From Octopus sinensis (lineage: Eukaryota): a DNA stretch of 64,000 nucleotides. The notes beneath the pieces are model-generated. The model was given only the letters and a program-made list of their open reading frames with translations, did not search any database and was not told the DNA's origin. The translations under genes were made by a program, and so were the position numbers. Below, piece by piece: positions 38,050 through 50,648 of the stretch. How positions within the stretch are numbered: position 1 is the stretch's first letter; every line of letters starts with the position of its first letter. The stretch covers positions 196,664,001-196,728,000 of the forward strand of contig NC_042998.1 of the NCBI RefSeq assembly GCF_006345805.1, written 5' to 3'.

Positions 38050-38672
38050 CAATTTCCAATTCACAAATTTCAAACTCCACCTGTCTAACACCCATGGACA
38101 TGTTTACAAAGTCAGAAAACAGCACAGCTCCTTCCATGACTTTTGGAAACAGTTTTTCACGCTAAGAGTTGCTGAAGCATGGAACAAACTGCCAGCATCT
38201 GTTGTTAGTTGTCGGAGCACTGCATCCTTCAAAACTTCCATGCTTCCTGAGATTCGCCAACACTACACCTGATTTCCTCCCCTCCATACACACGCAACAA
38301 TAACCCTGAGCACCTTTTCAAAGTCCACCTGTCTAACACCTGTGGACATGTTTACAAAGTCAGAAAACAGCACAGCTCCTTCCGTGACTTTCGGAAACAT
38401 TTTTTCATGCTAAGAGTTGCTGAAGTATGGAACAAACTGCTGGCATCAGTTGTTAGTTGTCGGAGCAATGCATCCTTCAAAACTTCCATGCTTCCTGAGA
38501 TTTGCCAACACTACACCTGATTTCCTCCCCTCCATACACACGCAAGCATCTATCTGACTCATACACTGTTTGCTTCCCAGACATTTGTACATTACTGCAT
38601 ATGCTTTATACGCACTTTTGACAAGTTGTGGTGCACCTGAGCACTCTATACAATAATTTCATTATTATTATT
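38050..38672 (+). pseudogene. Tandemly duplicated CR1/L2 3' end
   Basis: Two copies of the THGHVYKVRK...EIRQHYT segment (~38055-38290, ~38320-38672); only the second has the full UTR and (ATT)n tail. Confidence 0.8.
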
Positions 38673-38824
38673 TTTTAAATGTATCTCTTGTTTTTTCAGT
38701 CTGCCAGCCATATACTGATAATGGTTTTAAGTGTCTTGTGTACAATTTGCAGGAGGGTCCTTTTTTTTTATTTTCCCATTTTTTACAGTTCTCCAAATAA
38801 CGCCCTAGTAAAATATAAAACTGT

Positions 38825-39244
38825 GGATCTTTTCGGTTTGAACGGCAGTTTTTTTAAAATAATTTCCACGTAACTAAACACTTTTAAACTTCGTATACTG
38901 GTAGAATGTGTTTATAAAACATCTTTTTCTCTTGGCTTTCTTGAGAAAATTCTATAGTTTGTAAGATACTTGTTTGTTTTTTTTCTTCAATTTCTGTAAT
39001 TTCAACCAATCAATGACGTCTATTGGGGTGAAAATATTCTGTGCCGTGTGAATATGTCCCTCGTTTAAGAAACAGATTGGGTTTGTTTACATTTCTGAAG
39101 AAAAAAAGATACCCTTCCCCCCACCGCTAACCCTAACCCTAAAACAGATTGAAATGCAATAGATCGATATTAGGGTCATAATTATGGGTGACAATTTCAT
39201 ATGACACCGCTAGAAAAAAACTGCCGTTCAAACCGAAAAGATCC
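38825..39244. mobile_element. Merlin-type MITE, family 2 (420 bp)
   Basis: ~31-bp TIR GGATCTTTTCGGTTTGAACGGCAGTTTTTTT; perfect 8-bp TSD aaaactgt (38817-38824 / 39245-39252). Confidence 0.88.
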
Positions 39245-39306
39245 AAAACTGTTTCTGTTGTGTGTTGTCTTTGAAATGTTCTGAGGTTATATTTATTATA
39301 TTTCAG

Positions 39307-39457
39307 CAGCTTGAGCTTGAGTTTCGCTGATGCCGCTTTGATGGACCCCAACAGTTCAGACCACGTCATTGCAATTCAAAGACTGCACGATCAGATTGAG
39401 GCCAATAAGAAACAACTGCTTTCAAAGGATTTACAGCTGAAGGAAAAAGAACTGAAG
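39307..39457 (+). CDS. FAM76: FAM76 exon 7 (+SLSLSFADAALMDPNSSDHVIAIQRLHDQIEANKKQLLSKDLQLKEKELK)
   Basis: tttcag| (NAGNAG) acceptor, |gtattt donor; coiled coil; phase 2 to 0. Confidence 0.9.
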
Positions 39458-39849
39458 GTATTTTCTTTCTTCCTTAACCCTTTGGCGTTCACATTCTTCT
39501 GTCGCGTTTTGAATAATTCTTGCACTATCTTGTGTGCCTTTAAGATTTTGGTGAGGTAACAGTTAAGTTTCAGAATGATATTGTAGGGTTGGTGAGAGAG
39601 GCCAGATCTGGCCTGCTTAAACATAAAACAGGTAGAATATTTGGGTCGGATATGGCCGGTTTAAATACTTAAAGATCTGCAATATCATTGTAAAAATTAA
39701 GTTACTTCACCAAAATCTCAAAGCTACAAGATAATGCAAGATTAATTCATATTCTTGTAATGAATATATTACTTTATTGTAGCCTCTTGTAACATTTTGA
39801 CTTCCTTGTGGAACTATAGTTGTTACAAAAGAATTATAAAGCATCTGGA

Positions 39850-40330
39850 TTAACCCATTTGATACCAACCTGGTCAAAACCGGCTCTGGCTCTGTAATAC
39901 AAATGTCTTGTTTTCATAAGTTTTGAATTAAAATCTTCCACCAAACCTTAGTCACAATTTATATTCCTAACACTAGCTGAATGATAACTAAGTTCTTTTA
40001 CTAAATTCTTTGTTATATTTAATGTAATTGAAAGAAACACAGAGCATCTCAACAGAAATATGGTAAAAAAAGGGTTAAAATATATAACAGAGAAACAATT
40101 CTTAACCCTTTTGATACCAACCTGGCTGAAACCCGCTGTGGCTCTGTAGTACAAATGTCTTCTTTTCATAAGTTTTGAATTAAAATCTCCCACCAAACCT
40201 TAGTCACAATTTATGTTCCTAACACTAGCTTAATAATAACCAAGTTCTTTTACTAAATTCTTTGTTATATTTAAAGTAATCGAAAGAAACGGGGAGCATC
40301 TCAACAGAAATATCGTAACGAAAGGGTTAA
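39850..40330. mobile_element. Dimeric piggyBac-like MITE
   Basis: Two ~229-bp TTAA|CCC...GGG|TTAA monomers separated by a 23-bp spacer. Confidence 0.85.
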
Positions 40331-40401
40331 AGCAGATTGCTACATGCAGCTTCCCCATCCCCATATTAACCCCAGTGTTTCCATATTTCTGTTGAGATAT
40401 A

Positions 40402-40542
40402 TTAGGTTGTCCCAAAAGTTCGTAAACACTTGCGAAAATTGAATTTTTACTCGCCAAGTACTAACAAAAGCAACAAAAATTATTCCTCAAAATAAAGACC
40501 ATTATTTTCCAAGACTTTCTACGAACTTTTGGGACAAACTTA
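40402..40542. mobile_element. Tc1/mariner-like MITE (141 bp)
   Basis: TA|ttaggttgtcccaaaagttcgta ... tacgaacttttgggacaaactta|TA. Confidence 0.8.
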
Positions 40543-41660
40543 TATTACCTTTATTGTAACTTATTTTCAGAATAATAAAGAAGTTACTAAACTAACTTTA
40601 TTACGGATATGTACTTGCATAGCAAGTGACTTGATCTGAGATCGTCTGCTGGAACAAAAGCAATTGCAGCTTGGAAGGTGTTTATAAGCCATTTAAAAAC
40701 ACACAGAATCTGTTAGATTCACTTCAACATTAAAATTTAATTTGTCAAAATATTTTCTTTGCTTTGAAACTATGACCTGTTCACTGACAAAATTCTGTGC
40801 TGCATCTGAGAAAGTAACAGTTCATGATATGTATGTATGTGCGTATGCATGTGTGCATACCTATGAGCATGTATGTATGTATGTACTTATCTATGTACGT
40901 ACATTAGTACGCTTATCTATCTACACATGTATGTCACTATTTTCACACACAATGGTTAAAATCCAAAGACTTTTTTCCTTGTATTTTACATAGGCATATA
41001 CATATATATGAGCATACATACATACATATAATATATACATAGTCTTATGTGCTTACATGTACACACTCATACACAGACCCCTACACACATATACACGCAC
41101 GCTAAAATATACATACATCTACACATACATATTAATCTATGTACACTCATACGATTATATATAGCTACATATATGTATTTCAGTATCATGCATCTCAACA
41201 TGCATGTATGAATTTCTACATGTAAATGAGAGAAAGAGGTGATTATAGATGGGTACTCCTGGGTGGAACCTGGGTGTTACCCCATTCGGATTTAAATTAA
41301 CTTTGTCATTATTAAACTGGCTTTTGAAAAATAAATCAACATGGAAATTTTGATGATATGGTTTTGATTAAAGATCACTTTAGAACTGAAAATTGGTATC
41401 AAAGGAGCCAGAGCAGTGTCGGGCAGGTTGCTGCCAGAAGGGTTAAATCTTAACTCCTTAATCCATGTCAGTTTAAACAAAAGAAAAACAAAGAGAATTT
41501 GATTAAAATATAATTGGGTTGGTTTGAATTAGTTTTTCCTTTCTTGTTAAGTATTAAATTTTTTTCATCTTATTCATACCTGCATTTATCCTGAATCTAA
41601 TTAAAAAAAAACCCACCTTTTAATTTCCATTAATATCAAATTTTTCTTTTCTCGTGATAG

Positions 41661-41762
41661 ATCACAGAGCTGAAAGCGTATCAATATGAACAAGAAAAAA
41701 TATACAGATTGAAGATTTCTGGTATCCAAGAAGACAATTCTAGAAAGATGGATGAACTCAGT
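41661..41762 (+). CDS. FAM76: FAM76 exon 8 (ITELKAYQYEQEKIYRLKISGIQEDNSRKMDELS)
   Basis: gatag| acceptor, |gtaaga donor; TELKA.YQ motif; phase 0. Confidence 0.92.
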
Positions 41763-43059
41763 GTAAGAATTTTCTCAATGTATTTCACCCTCAAAAAATC
41801 TACCAGTTCCCATATGCTACTCATATCTGCATTAGGTCTACTTAGGAGGTTATATCTGTCAAATGTAAATAATGCACATAATTCCTCATCTCTCAAATAT
41901 AGAACTGGGCTTCATTTTATGTTGCTCCAGTTCACATGGCTGGTAAAAATGAGTAATTCTGTGACAGACCGGCATCCTGGTCCTGGGAGGAATATATATA
42001 CCAGAGAAACCAGCAAACTGGCCCTATACTCATCATCATCATTGTTTAACATCCTTTTCCCATGCTGGCATGGGTTGGACAGTTTGATTGAGGTCTGGAA
42101 AGCCAGGAGGCTGCACCAGGTTCCAACCTGATCTGGCAAGGTTTCTACAGCTGGGTGTCCTTCCTAATGCCAACCACTCAGAGAGTGTTGTGGGTGCTTT
42201 TTATGTGCCACCTGCTCAGGAGCCAGTCAGGTGGGCCTGGCATCAATCATGTTTGGATAGTGCTTTTTATGTGCCACCAGTACAGGAGCCAGTCAGTGGG
42301 TACTGGCATCGGCCATGTTTGGATGGTGCTTTTTATGTGCCACTGACACAGGAGTCAGTCAGGCGGCACTGGCAACAACCACGCTCTCTCTTCAACATAC
42401 TCCCACTCATCAAAGAGCCTTCTTTTTTTCTTTGTCTTGCAAGTCCCTTAATGTCTTCACTAATGTCAGTGTCATGAAAAAAAGGCATCCAACAGACATT
42501 GTAAAGCAGTTGGCATTATGAAGGGCTAACACCTGAAAAACCATGCCAAAGCAGATATTGGAGTCTGACACAGCCCTGTGGTTTGTCAGATCCTATCAAA
42601 CTATCCAACTCCTTCAACATAGGAAATGGACATTAAATGATGGTGATGAGGGTGATGAAATATGAAATATCAAAGATGTTTTGACACACAAGTTGGGAAT
42701 CAGTGGCTTATATTTATGAAACCCTACCTGTGAATACTGAAGACTTAAGCTTTAGAACGCCAAGGGTTTCTTAGTCTAAAAGTTATTATTAGCTTGGTGT
42801 TTTTGCTGTCACTGAGGTCAGATGAAGGTAATGTTTCTTTGTGTACAGCATATGACTGAAGATAGGTGAGAAAAGGTTTCAGTCTGTGGGAGGCTAGCAG
42901 AAATCATTTGTGATGTTTGGAATGTGCTTTTTGAATGAGTTGTGCCCTGGAACTGGCCCTCCATCAGTTTTGACAAGGGTTCCAGTTCATCCAATCAACA
43001 GAACAGCCTACTTGTGAAATTAACGTGCAAGTGGCTGAGTAATCCATAGACACTTGAAC

Positions 43060-43825
43060 TCTTTACCTAGACCTTCGAACATTAGGCCTCACCAAGGAAA
43101 TGTCTAGCAACCGAGACTTTTGAAAATATGCTGTGCTTGATAAGACCCGGCAAGCCAAATGAGACCATAACCTCGTGGCCTATGCCAGGGGTGTAACCAG
43201 CCCACTTATGTGTACCTTTCCTTCATTGGACACTAAACTCTGCTTGCGAAGACCTGTTGAGGCAAGTGAAATCAAAATCAAATTCAAGGACTGGCATTCG
43301 TGCTAGCGGGGTGCAAAGAGCACCATACGAGTGTGATCATTGACAGAGCAGATAACCGGCTTCCGTGCCAGTGGCACATAAAAGGGCACCATTTGAATGT
43401 GATTGTTACCAGTTTCGCCTTACTGGCACTTGTGCCCGTGTTGGTAGGGTGCCAAGAGCACTATCCGAGCGTGGTCGTTGCCAGAGCAACCAACTGGCTT
43501 CCGTACCGGTGGCACATAAAAGGGCACCATTTGAGTGTAATCGTTACCAATGTTGCCTTACTGGCACCTGTGCCAGTGGCATGTGTAAAAAGATTCGAGC
43601 GAGGTCATTGCCAGTACCGCCTGACTGGACCTGTGCCGGTGGCATGTAAAAAGCACCCACCACACTCTCAGAGTGGTTGGCATTAGGAAGGGCATCCAGC
43701 TGTAGAAACTCTGCCAGATCAAGATTGGGGCCTGGTGCAGCCATCTGGTTCGCCAGCCGTCAATCAAAATCGTCCAACCCATGCCAGCATGGAAAGCGGA
43801 CGTTAAACGATGATGATGATGATGA
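43060..43825 (+). mobile_element. RTE LINE 3' end: ORF terminus plus longest UTR version
   Basis: DLRTLGLTKEM..NRDF*KYAVLDKTRQAK* then UTR with tandem units and (GAT)n tail. Confidence 0.8.
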
Positions 43826-44060
43826 GAACAGCCTGCTCCTGAAATTAACGTGGCAAGTGGCTGAGCAATCCATTGACACATGAACTCTTTACAAAGGCAG
43901 TGCTCCAGCATGGCCGCAGTCAAATGACTGAAACAAGCAAAAGAGTACTTAGGGAATGTGACAAAACTGGCCCTTTTTTTCACTCCCCCCACTAAAACTG
44001 GGCCTTATCGTTTGACTTGTATTTGCCTGTTATTAATATAAATTTTTTTCATCATTTCAG

Positions 44061-44174
44061 AACAAAAACCGCGACCTGATGAAACAAATAGCCTGCCTTT
44101 CAAAGAAACGACACAACAACACCAACACCAACAACACACAATCGTCTTCAACAACACACAGTCCATCTTCATGA
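44061..44174 (+). CDS. FAM76: FAM76 exon 9 (NKNRDLMKQIACLSKKRHNNTNTNNTQSSSTTHSPSS*)
   Basis: ttcag| acceptor; KNR.L.KQ.A.LSK motif; TGA at 44172-44174. Confidence 0.92.
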   Translation, partial: NKNRDLMKQIACLSKKRHNNTNTNNTQSSSTTHSPSS

Positions 44175-44494
44175 GCATCGCCTTGCAGGCTCTTCTTAGT
44201 CTTACCAGCATCCTTCTCGTCCCTGATCCCCCTACTGAAAACACTCCCCTAATCATCAGAACGGAAGTGACTCATTGTAGACCTTACTCCAGCTAAGTCA
44301 CTTGCTCTGGTTCCCTGTTATTATTTTGTTACTATCACCCTTGACCCTTGCCCATTCTCCTCACCCCTGCTCTTATTCTGTATGAGTCTCCTTTTTAAAA
44401 GACAACACATCATGTTTTTCACTGAAAAAAATGCTCATCTCTGTTAGACCGTGTTCACACCGCACGGTTTCAAACATAGTAGAGGAAGAGTAAA

Positions 44495-44515
44495 AATAAA
44501 ACAAATATAAATAAA
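44495..44515 (+). terminator. Candidate polyadenylation signals of FAM76
   Basis: AATAAA at 44495 and 44510, ~320 nt after the stop; A-rich context weakens the call. Confidence 0.3.
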
Positions 44516-45801
44516 TAATACAAAAAAAAGAAAAAAAGAAAGGAAAGGAGCATTGTCTCTAATTCTTGACATTAGAGAAAAAAGTCCGTAGAGATACTTA
44601 ATCACACAGCTTGGATGAATGCTGCATGAAAGGGAGTTGTCTTCCCAACGACTGAATGAAGAAACAAATTCTATTTAGCTTGGAGATAGGGTGGTTTATG
44701 CCTGCCTGCGTGTGTGTCTGTGTGTGTGTTTGTGTCTGTGTGTGTTTTCTTTTTTTATTTCAACCTTTTAAAACGGAAATCAACAAAGTTTGATTTTTAT
44801 AAGTTTAAGCTGCCATCATCGTTAATTAAAAGATTTTACAACACAACATCATTTGAAATTATTCCAGTCTCTTAAGAATCTTTTTTTTTTTTTTTTCGTT
44901 GGAACATTGAATATTTAGATTCATATTCACTCTCTCTATCTCTCTCTCTCTCTTTTTTTTTTCTTTCTTTCCCTTTCTCTGTGTATGCACCCCTTCATTT
45001 CCTTTGTGATGTTAGTTACCACCCAGTTTATTTGTGAATACAAAATCTGCTACAAAACTCTTCAGTCCAGGTTTCTCTCTCCTTATCTTCCTCCTCTCCT
45101 TATCTTCTTCCTCTCTATTTCTCTCTCCTTATCTTCCTCTCTATTCCTCTCTCCTTATCTTCCCTTATATTTCTCTCTCTTTTCTCGATTTCAACCCCAC
45201 CACCATCTCTCTCTCGGTTTTACCCCAACCCAATCCTACGGCTGTCGCATGCTTCTTTCGTTCCATTCATAATTCCATTAACTGAATACAGATTTTCAAA
45301 AATAGTTTTCCTTATATTGCTATTTTAACTCTTTCATCAATTATTTTTCATGAAATTTCAAAAGCTCACATTTTAAAGTAATTTAGCATTTCTTCCATTT
45401 AAAAATTATTTCAGTTTTAAACGAATTCATAACTTCATCAAAATCATTTGGAATTTGGAGTTAGGGTTCCAGTGAGCTGCCCCCTTCCCTTTGCTCTATG
45501 GAATACAAGAAAACTATTTCTCGCGCTTCAGTAATGCTCTTTCAAAAGACAGAATGCTATAAATAGACCCCCCCCTCCTGTCATTTCTAGGAATTTCATG
45601 GTCAGATCACATTATCATGGATCTCAAAAGTTATCCCATTTCTCATATTAAAAAGAAAAGATGCCATCTCATCTTCTGGAAGGGAAAAACCCCACAAACC
45701 CTCCTCTCATACCTCACAAATTTAATTTCTTTGCAACAGTTATCGATTAGACTGAATGTATGTATCCCTCTGTATGTGTGTGTCTGTGTGTATATATGTA
45801 C

Positions 45802-45832
<31 letters not shown>

Positions 45833-46025
45833 TATATAAATATGCACAAACACACACACTTACATACACAGATGTCTGGTTGCATTAATTTCAACAAGAT
45901 CTCAGGGTGCCATAATTATGTTCAGTGTGGCTTCCTTTGTTAACTAGATCAGTTAGCAAAACACTACATGCCCTCCAAGGTCTGTGTATGTATATATGTA
46001 CATATATATATATAATATAAATTAG

Positions 46026-46208
46026 AAAAAAACCCACCTTTTATCAATTCAAAATGAACAATAAAATTACACCTTTTATTATTATTTTGCAATTTACTTA
46101 ATCATCGTTATATTATTGTTATTTTATTTTTAATATTTCTATTATATGTAATTTTCTAGATGGTGTAATTTAATTGTTCATTTTGAATTGACAAAAGGTG
46201 GTTTTTTT
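46026..46208. mobile_element. AT-rich foldback/MITE
   Basis: ~48-bp arms aaaaaaacccaccttttatcaattcaaaatgaac... / ...gttcattttgaattgacaaaaggtggttttttt; TSD masked by (TA)n. Confidence 0.55.
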
Positions 46209-46307
46209 ATCCAATTTTTATATATATATTATATTTTGTGAAATTTGATTTAGTATTTCTAAATTGAATTTTTTCCTGTAAGTTAGGAATAATATTCCCT
46301 CAAATTA

Positions 46308-46368
<61 letters not shown>

Positions 46369-47574
46369 GTGTGTGTGTATCTGTGTGATTGGTAGGATGT
46401 ATATAATATTTCCGTGTGTATGTATAATATTTATAAAGTGGCTTAAAGTTCCAGTACTGCGCTTTTAAGCTCAATCAAGTTGTTACTTGAAAGCCTGCTA
46501 AGTAGAGTGGTGTATCCTTAGACGAGGTACACCACTCTACTTTACCTCCAGAGAGCCTTGCTGAAAACGCATGCTGCTCCTCACACTTATAGTTTATTTG
46601 GTTTACAGCTGTAAAAATACAATTGATGCAACAGTTTATATGAGTTAATTTATAAATCAAAGGCGCATGCTAACATAGAAATTTGTACGTAAAGTAGTAA
46701 AATGGTTTACAACAAAAAAAAAGAAAAAAGAAAAAAAGGAAGAAAAAAAAAGTTTAAAAATGGAAAAAAAATTGCTCTCACTACTCAATTCAGAATCATA
46801 TATTTCTCTCCGCTGATTATTTTAAGTGTTGCAGCTGTCATAGAGGTAAACCATAATAATGATGATGATAAAAATAATAATAATAATAATAATAATAATG
46901 TGGTTGGTTTGAGACTCTCTGTGTAACTAAACTGAACTGTATTGTTTTCAACCTCACAACAAATCATGTTCATTCTTCGCTCTCTCTCTCTCCTCCGTCT
47001 CCTCCTCCTACTCTCGCTCCATAGAACATTTTGATTAATTCTAAGGAAAACATAAATATATTTTTATATTTGTAACTCGTAGGTTTTATTAAACTCACAA
47101 ATTGAGTTGAATATTTGAGAAATCTTAGCTTTGGTAGCCTATTTTCCGGTGAGCTTTAATTTTATTTGATGGTTTTTTAATGTTTGTAGATTTTGTTTGC
47201 AATTTCGATTCTTTTAAACAGTTTTCTTGGGATGAAACGAGTGTCAAGGGTGCAGCAAATCATGTTTTAGCTTCCTTAATACGTTGAACTGCTACACGTA
47301 CAACCAGTGGAACATTTTCATAATTTGAGAGACATTGCCAGATCAAGATTGGAGCCTGGTGCAGCAGCCTTCTGGCTTTCCAGCCCTCAGTCAAACCGTC
47401 TAACCCATGCCAGCATGGAAAGTGGACGTTAATCTTTGATATGATTTCTAGGATATTTGAATAACATGAGTGCTAAAATATTACAGTTTAATTATGAAAT
47501 ATCGTAATATTGCACTGAGAGCAATGATACACGAAATGTGTGGTATCACTGGTAAATTCCAGTAATGGAAGCAC

Positions 47575-47940
47575 TCCGTCGGTTATGACGACGAGGGTTC
47601 CGGTTGATCCGAATCAACGGAACAGCCTGCTCGTGAAATTAACGTGCAAGTGGCTGAGCACTCCACAGACACATGTACCCCTAACGTAGTTCTTGGGGAT
47701 ATTCAGTGTGACAAGGCCGGCCCTTTGAAATACAGGCACAACAGAAACAGGAAGTAAGAGTGAGAGAAAGTTGTGGTGAAAGAGTACAGCAGGGATCACC
47801 GCCATCCCCTGCCGGAACCTCGTGGAGCTTTTAGGTGTTTTCGCTCAATAAACACTCACAACGCCCGGTCTGGGAATCGAAACCGCGATCCTATGACCGC
47901 GAGTCCGCTGCCCTAACCACTGGGCCATTGCGCCTCCACA
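47575..47940 (-). mobile_element. tRNA-derived SINE family C (composite); related copy at 54715-55026
   Basis: Minus-strand head ggaggcgcaatggcccagtggttaggg...ggtttcgattccc (A and B boxes). Confidence 0.8.
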
Positions 47941-48839
47941 AATTCCAGTAACCGGCAGTAGCAGTTAACATGTTAAAGCATCTTTCAATTGTTCAATTAT
48001 TTTACTGTGTCTGTGTGTGTATGGGGGTTGTAACTATCTGGCTTGGACACTGCCTTCAAAGGTTTTTAGTCGATTTATATCGACCCAGGTACTTGTTTCA
48101 TCGAATACGTCAAGCTGTCCTCTGGTGTAAGGGGATGTAACTCACAAGCTACTTTTGCTCATTGTAACAATAAATATATATGTGTGAGTGCATGTTTTCT
48201 GGCAATGGATCACACAGAAATGGAATAATTGCTGGTAGGTAGCAGAACTGGGTACGTTTTTATGACATTTTACATAGTCTCTTGTCTCTTAGAATCAGTT
48301 TGAATAAGGAAAGACTTCGTCTAGTTTTATCTTGGTAGTCACATCTTCTGTTATTTCATGTCCAACATCATAGAATCTATGGCGCTGAAGAAACATTAAA
48401 TATTTTTTTTACTATTGTAAAATATCTCAACCTCATTCTCTTTCTCACGAACAGGATTTTTTTTTTTCCATATAGTCAGGGTTTAGTGTGTTTTTAATTG
48501 TAAATTAAATTACTTTGAAATTAAATTTTCACTTCTAATTAATTTGACAAATCGTGTGTCTGAAGTCTTATTTTGTGACCTAAATCAAATTTTGCCATTT
48601 TTTCTTCACTTTCCAGTCAAGTCTTGGTTTATTCTTGCAATTTAGAGAACCTGCGTTGCTCGTTTTGATTATGTTTACAGGACCAACGTTGGCAGGGGAA
48701 AAAGGATTGGTCAGTTGGATTGATGTGGAAGTGTTACTAGTAATGGTACTTGCTTTACTGGAACCAGAAAGCTTGAAGTCTGGTGAATCATCAAACCCCA
48801 CAATGGACCACACCATTATTACATTTCATATAGCAGACT

Positions 48840-48931
48840 AAAGCTTTATGAGGGGATTTTCCAGATGGAAACTGGAAGAAGCCCATCATGTGTGTGTATA
48901 TGTATATATGTGTGTATATGTGTATATATAC

Positions 48932-48962
<31 letters not shown>

Positions 48963-49251
48963 TATACATGTATATGTATATATGTGTGTGTATGTGTATA
49001 TATATATATAAATATATATATATACACACACACACATATATACATATATTTTGTGTGTCTGTGTTTGTCCCCCTAGCATTGCTTGACAACCGATGCTGGT
49101 GTGTTTACGTCCCCGTCACTTAGTGGTTCGGCAAAAGAGACCGATAGAATAAGTACTGGGCTTACAAAGAATAAGTCCCGGGGTTGATTTGGTCGACTAA
49201 AAGGCAGTGCTCCAGCATGGCCGCAGTCAAATGACTGAAACAAGTAAAAGA

Positions 49252-49298
<47 letters not shown>

Positions 49299-49705
49299 AG
49301 GATGATGATGATGATGTGGCTGTGTAGTAAGAAGCTTGCTTCCCAACCACATGGTTCCAGGTTCAGTCCTACTGTGTGGCACCTTGGGCGCAAGTGTTTT
49401 CTACTATATCCTCAAGCCAACCAATGCCTTGTGCATGGATTTGGTTGTCGGAAACTGAAAGAAGCCTGTTGTATATATGTGTGTGTGTTTGCATCTTTGT
49501 GTCTGTATTTGTCCCCCTACCACTTGACAACCGGTGTTGGTGTGTTTACGTCCCCGTCACTTTGTGGTTGGGTAATAGAGACTGATAGAATAATTACTAG
49601 GTTTTAAAAAAAGAAAGTCCTGGGGTTGATTCATTTGACTAAGAATTCTTCAAGGCGGTGCCCCAGCATGGCCACAATGTAATGGCTGAAGCAAGTAAAA
49701 GATAA
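48840..49705 (+). mobile_element. Two consecutive SINE family B copies with a long (TA/CA)n tract
   Basis: Family B body 48840-49250; second copy with head at ~49315. Confidence 0.8.
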
Positions 49706-50383
49706 AAGATATATGTCTGTGTGTCCCCTTATCTTGACACATCATGTGATGTTTGTCAACAAACATCGCTATCATAACAAGCCGTGTTATTTGTTTCCAG
49801 TTTTTCATGAGAAGCTTGTCTGGCCATGGGGCCAGATATTGCCTTGACAAATTCCGTCTGACCCTTGCAAGCTGGAAAAAGTGGATGGATGATAGCATTT
49901 TCAATCTTGGCTCCCTTAATCTGTCTGACATTGACTTCTAAACTTTGTTACAGGTTGTACATTCCTGGTAGGGAGCACGGCCAATTAAATTGATCCCTGT
50001 ATATTGATCGGTACGCATTTTAAGGGACCCTCAGAATGATGGAAAGCAAAATTAGATTCAGGTGAAATCAGAGAATGGGAAATGTTACGAAATATTACAA
50101 ATGTGTGTGATTGATTCTGTTACGAACTGGCTTAGGTTGATGGTAAATGTTGAACCTGTCAGTGGCCACCACTCCTTGAAAACTCAAACGTAGGTAGGAA
50201 GTGTTGCAGAAGGAAGCAGACAGCACTTGGAATCACAATTTTCTTTGTTTTTGTGATTCAACTAAAGCATAAAAAAAGAAAGGGATTGCTCAGTTTGCTG
50301 GAAATAACTGCCAAATTATACTCCATTATTAGAAAATTACTATTTTTAAATCTCACAAGAGAGATGTTCAGCAACAGTACCTT

Positions 50384-50648
50384 GGAGTAAAGATTGTTTG
50401 CCAACATAACATGGCAGTCCTGGTTTAGGACAAGTGTTGCTGTAGTTCAGCCCCAGGAGACATCATTCCCAGCTGGCTATACGACATGATCTGTGTCATA
50501 TTTTTCAAGCAAGGGAATCTAGCACCCCCCCATTCAGCTCAAAACAATATCCGTGTATCGCGATTTCCGGGTCTCCTGGGGACAAATTACAGCAACATTC
50601 TTCCTAAACCAGGACTGCCATGTTATTTTGGCAAATAATCTTTACTCC
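50384..50648. mobile_element. Foldback element related to the hammerhead-bearing family
   Basis: ~80-bp inverted arms; the inner arm matches the end domain at ~25570 and ~32660; half-hammerhead GAAA T CGCG A TA at 50567-50556 (-); no TSD. Confidence 0.65.

Noticed and set aside
46494-46548. Canonical pre-miRNA
   Set aside because: The stem is short, the loop small and there is no lower-stem pairing; kept only as an unexplained hairpin.
47870-47940. tRNA gene
   Set aside because: A and B boxes are present but there is no complete cloverleaf, and it continues into a SINE body; the same applies to the other SINE heads.
48791-49393. Overlapping ORFs rich in Y/I/V/C/T/H
   Set aside because: Translations of (TA)n/(CA)n microsatellites inside SINEs; the same holds for most ORFs of 60-150 aa in the track.
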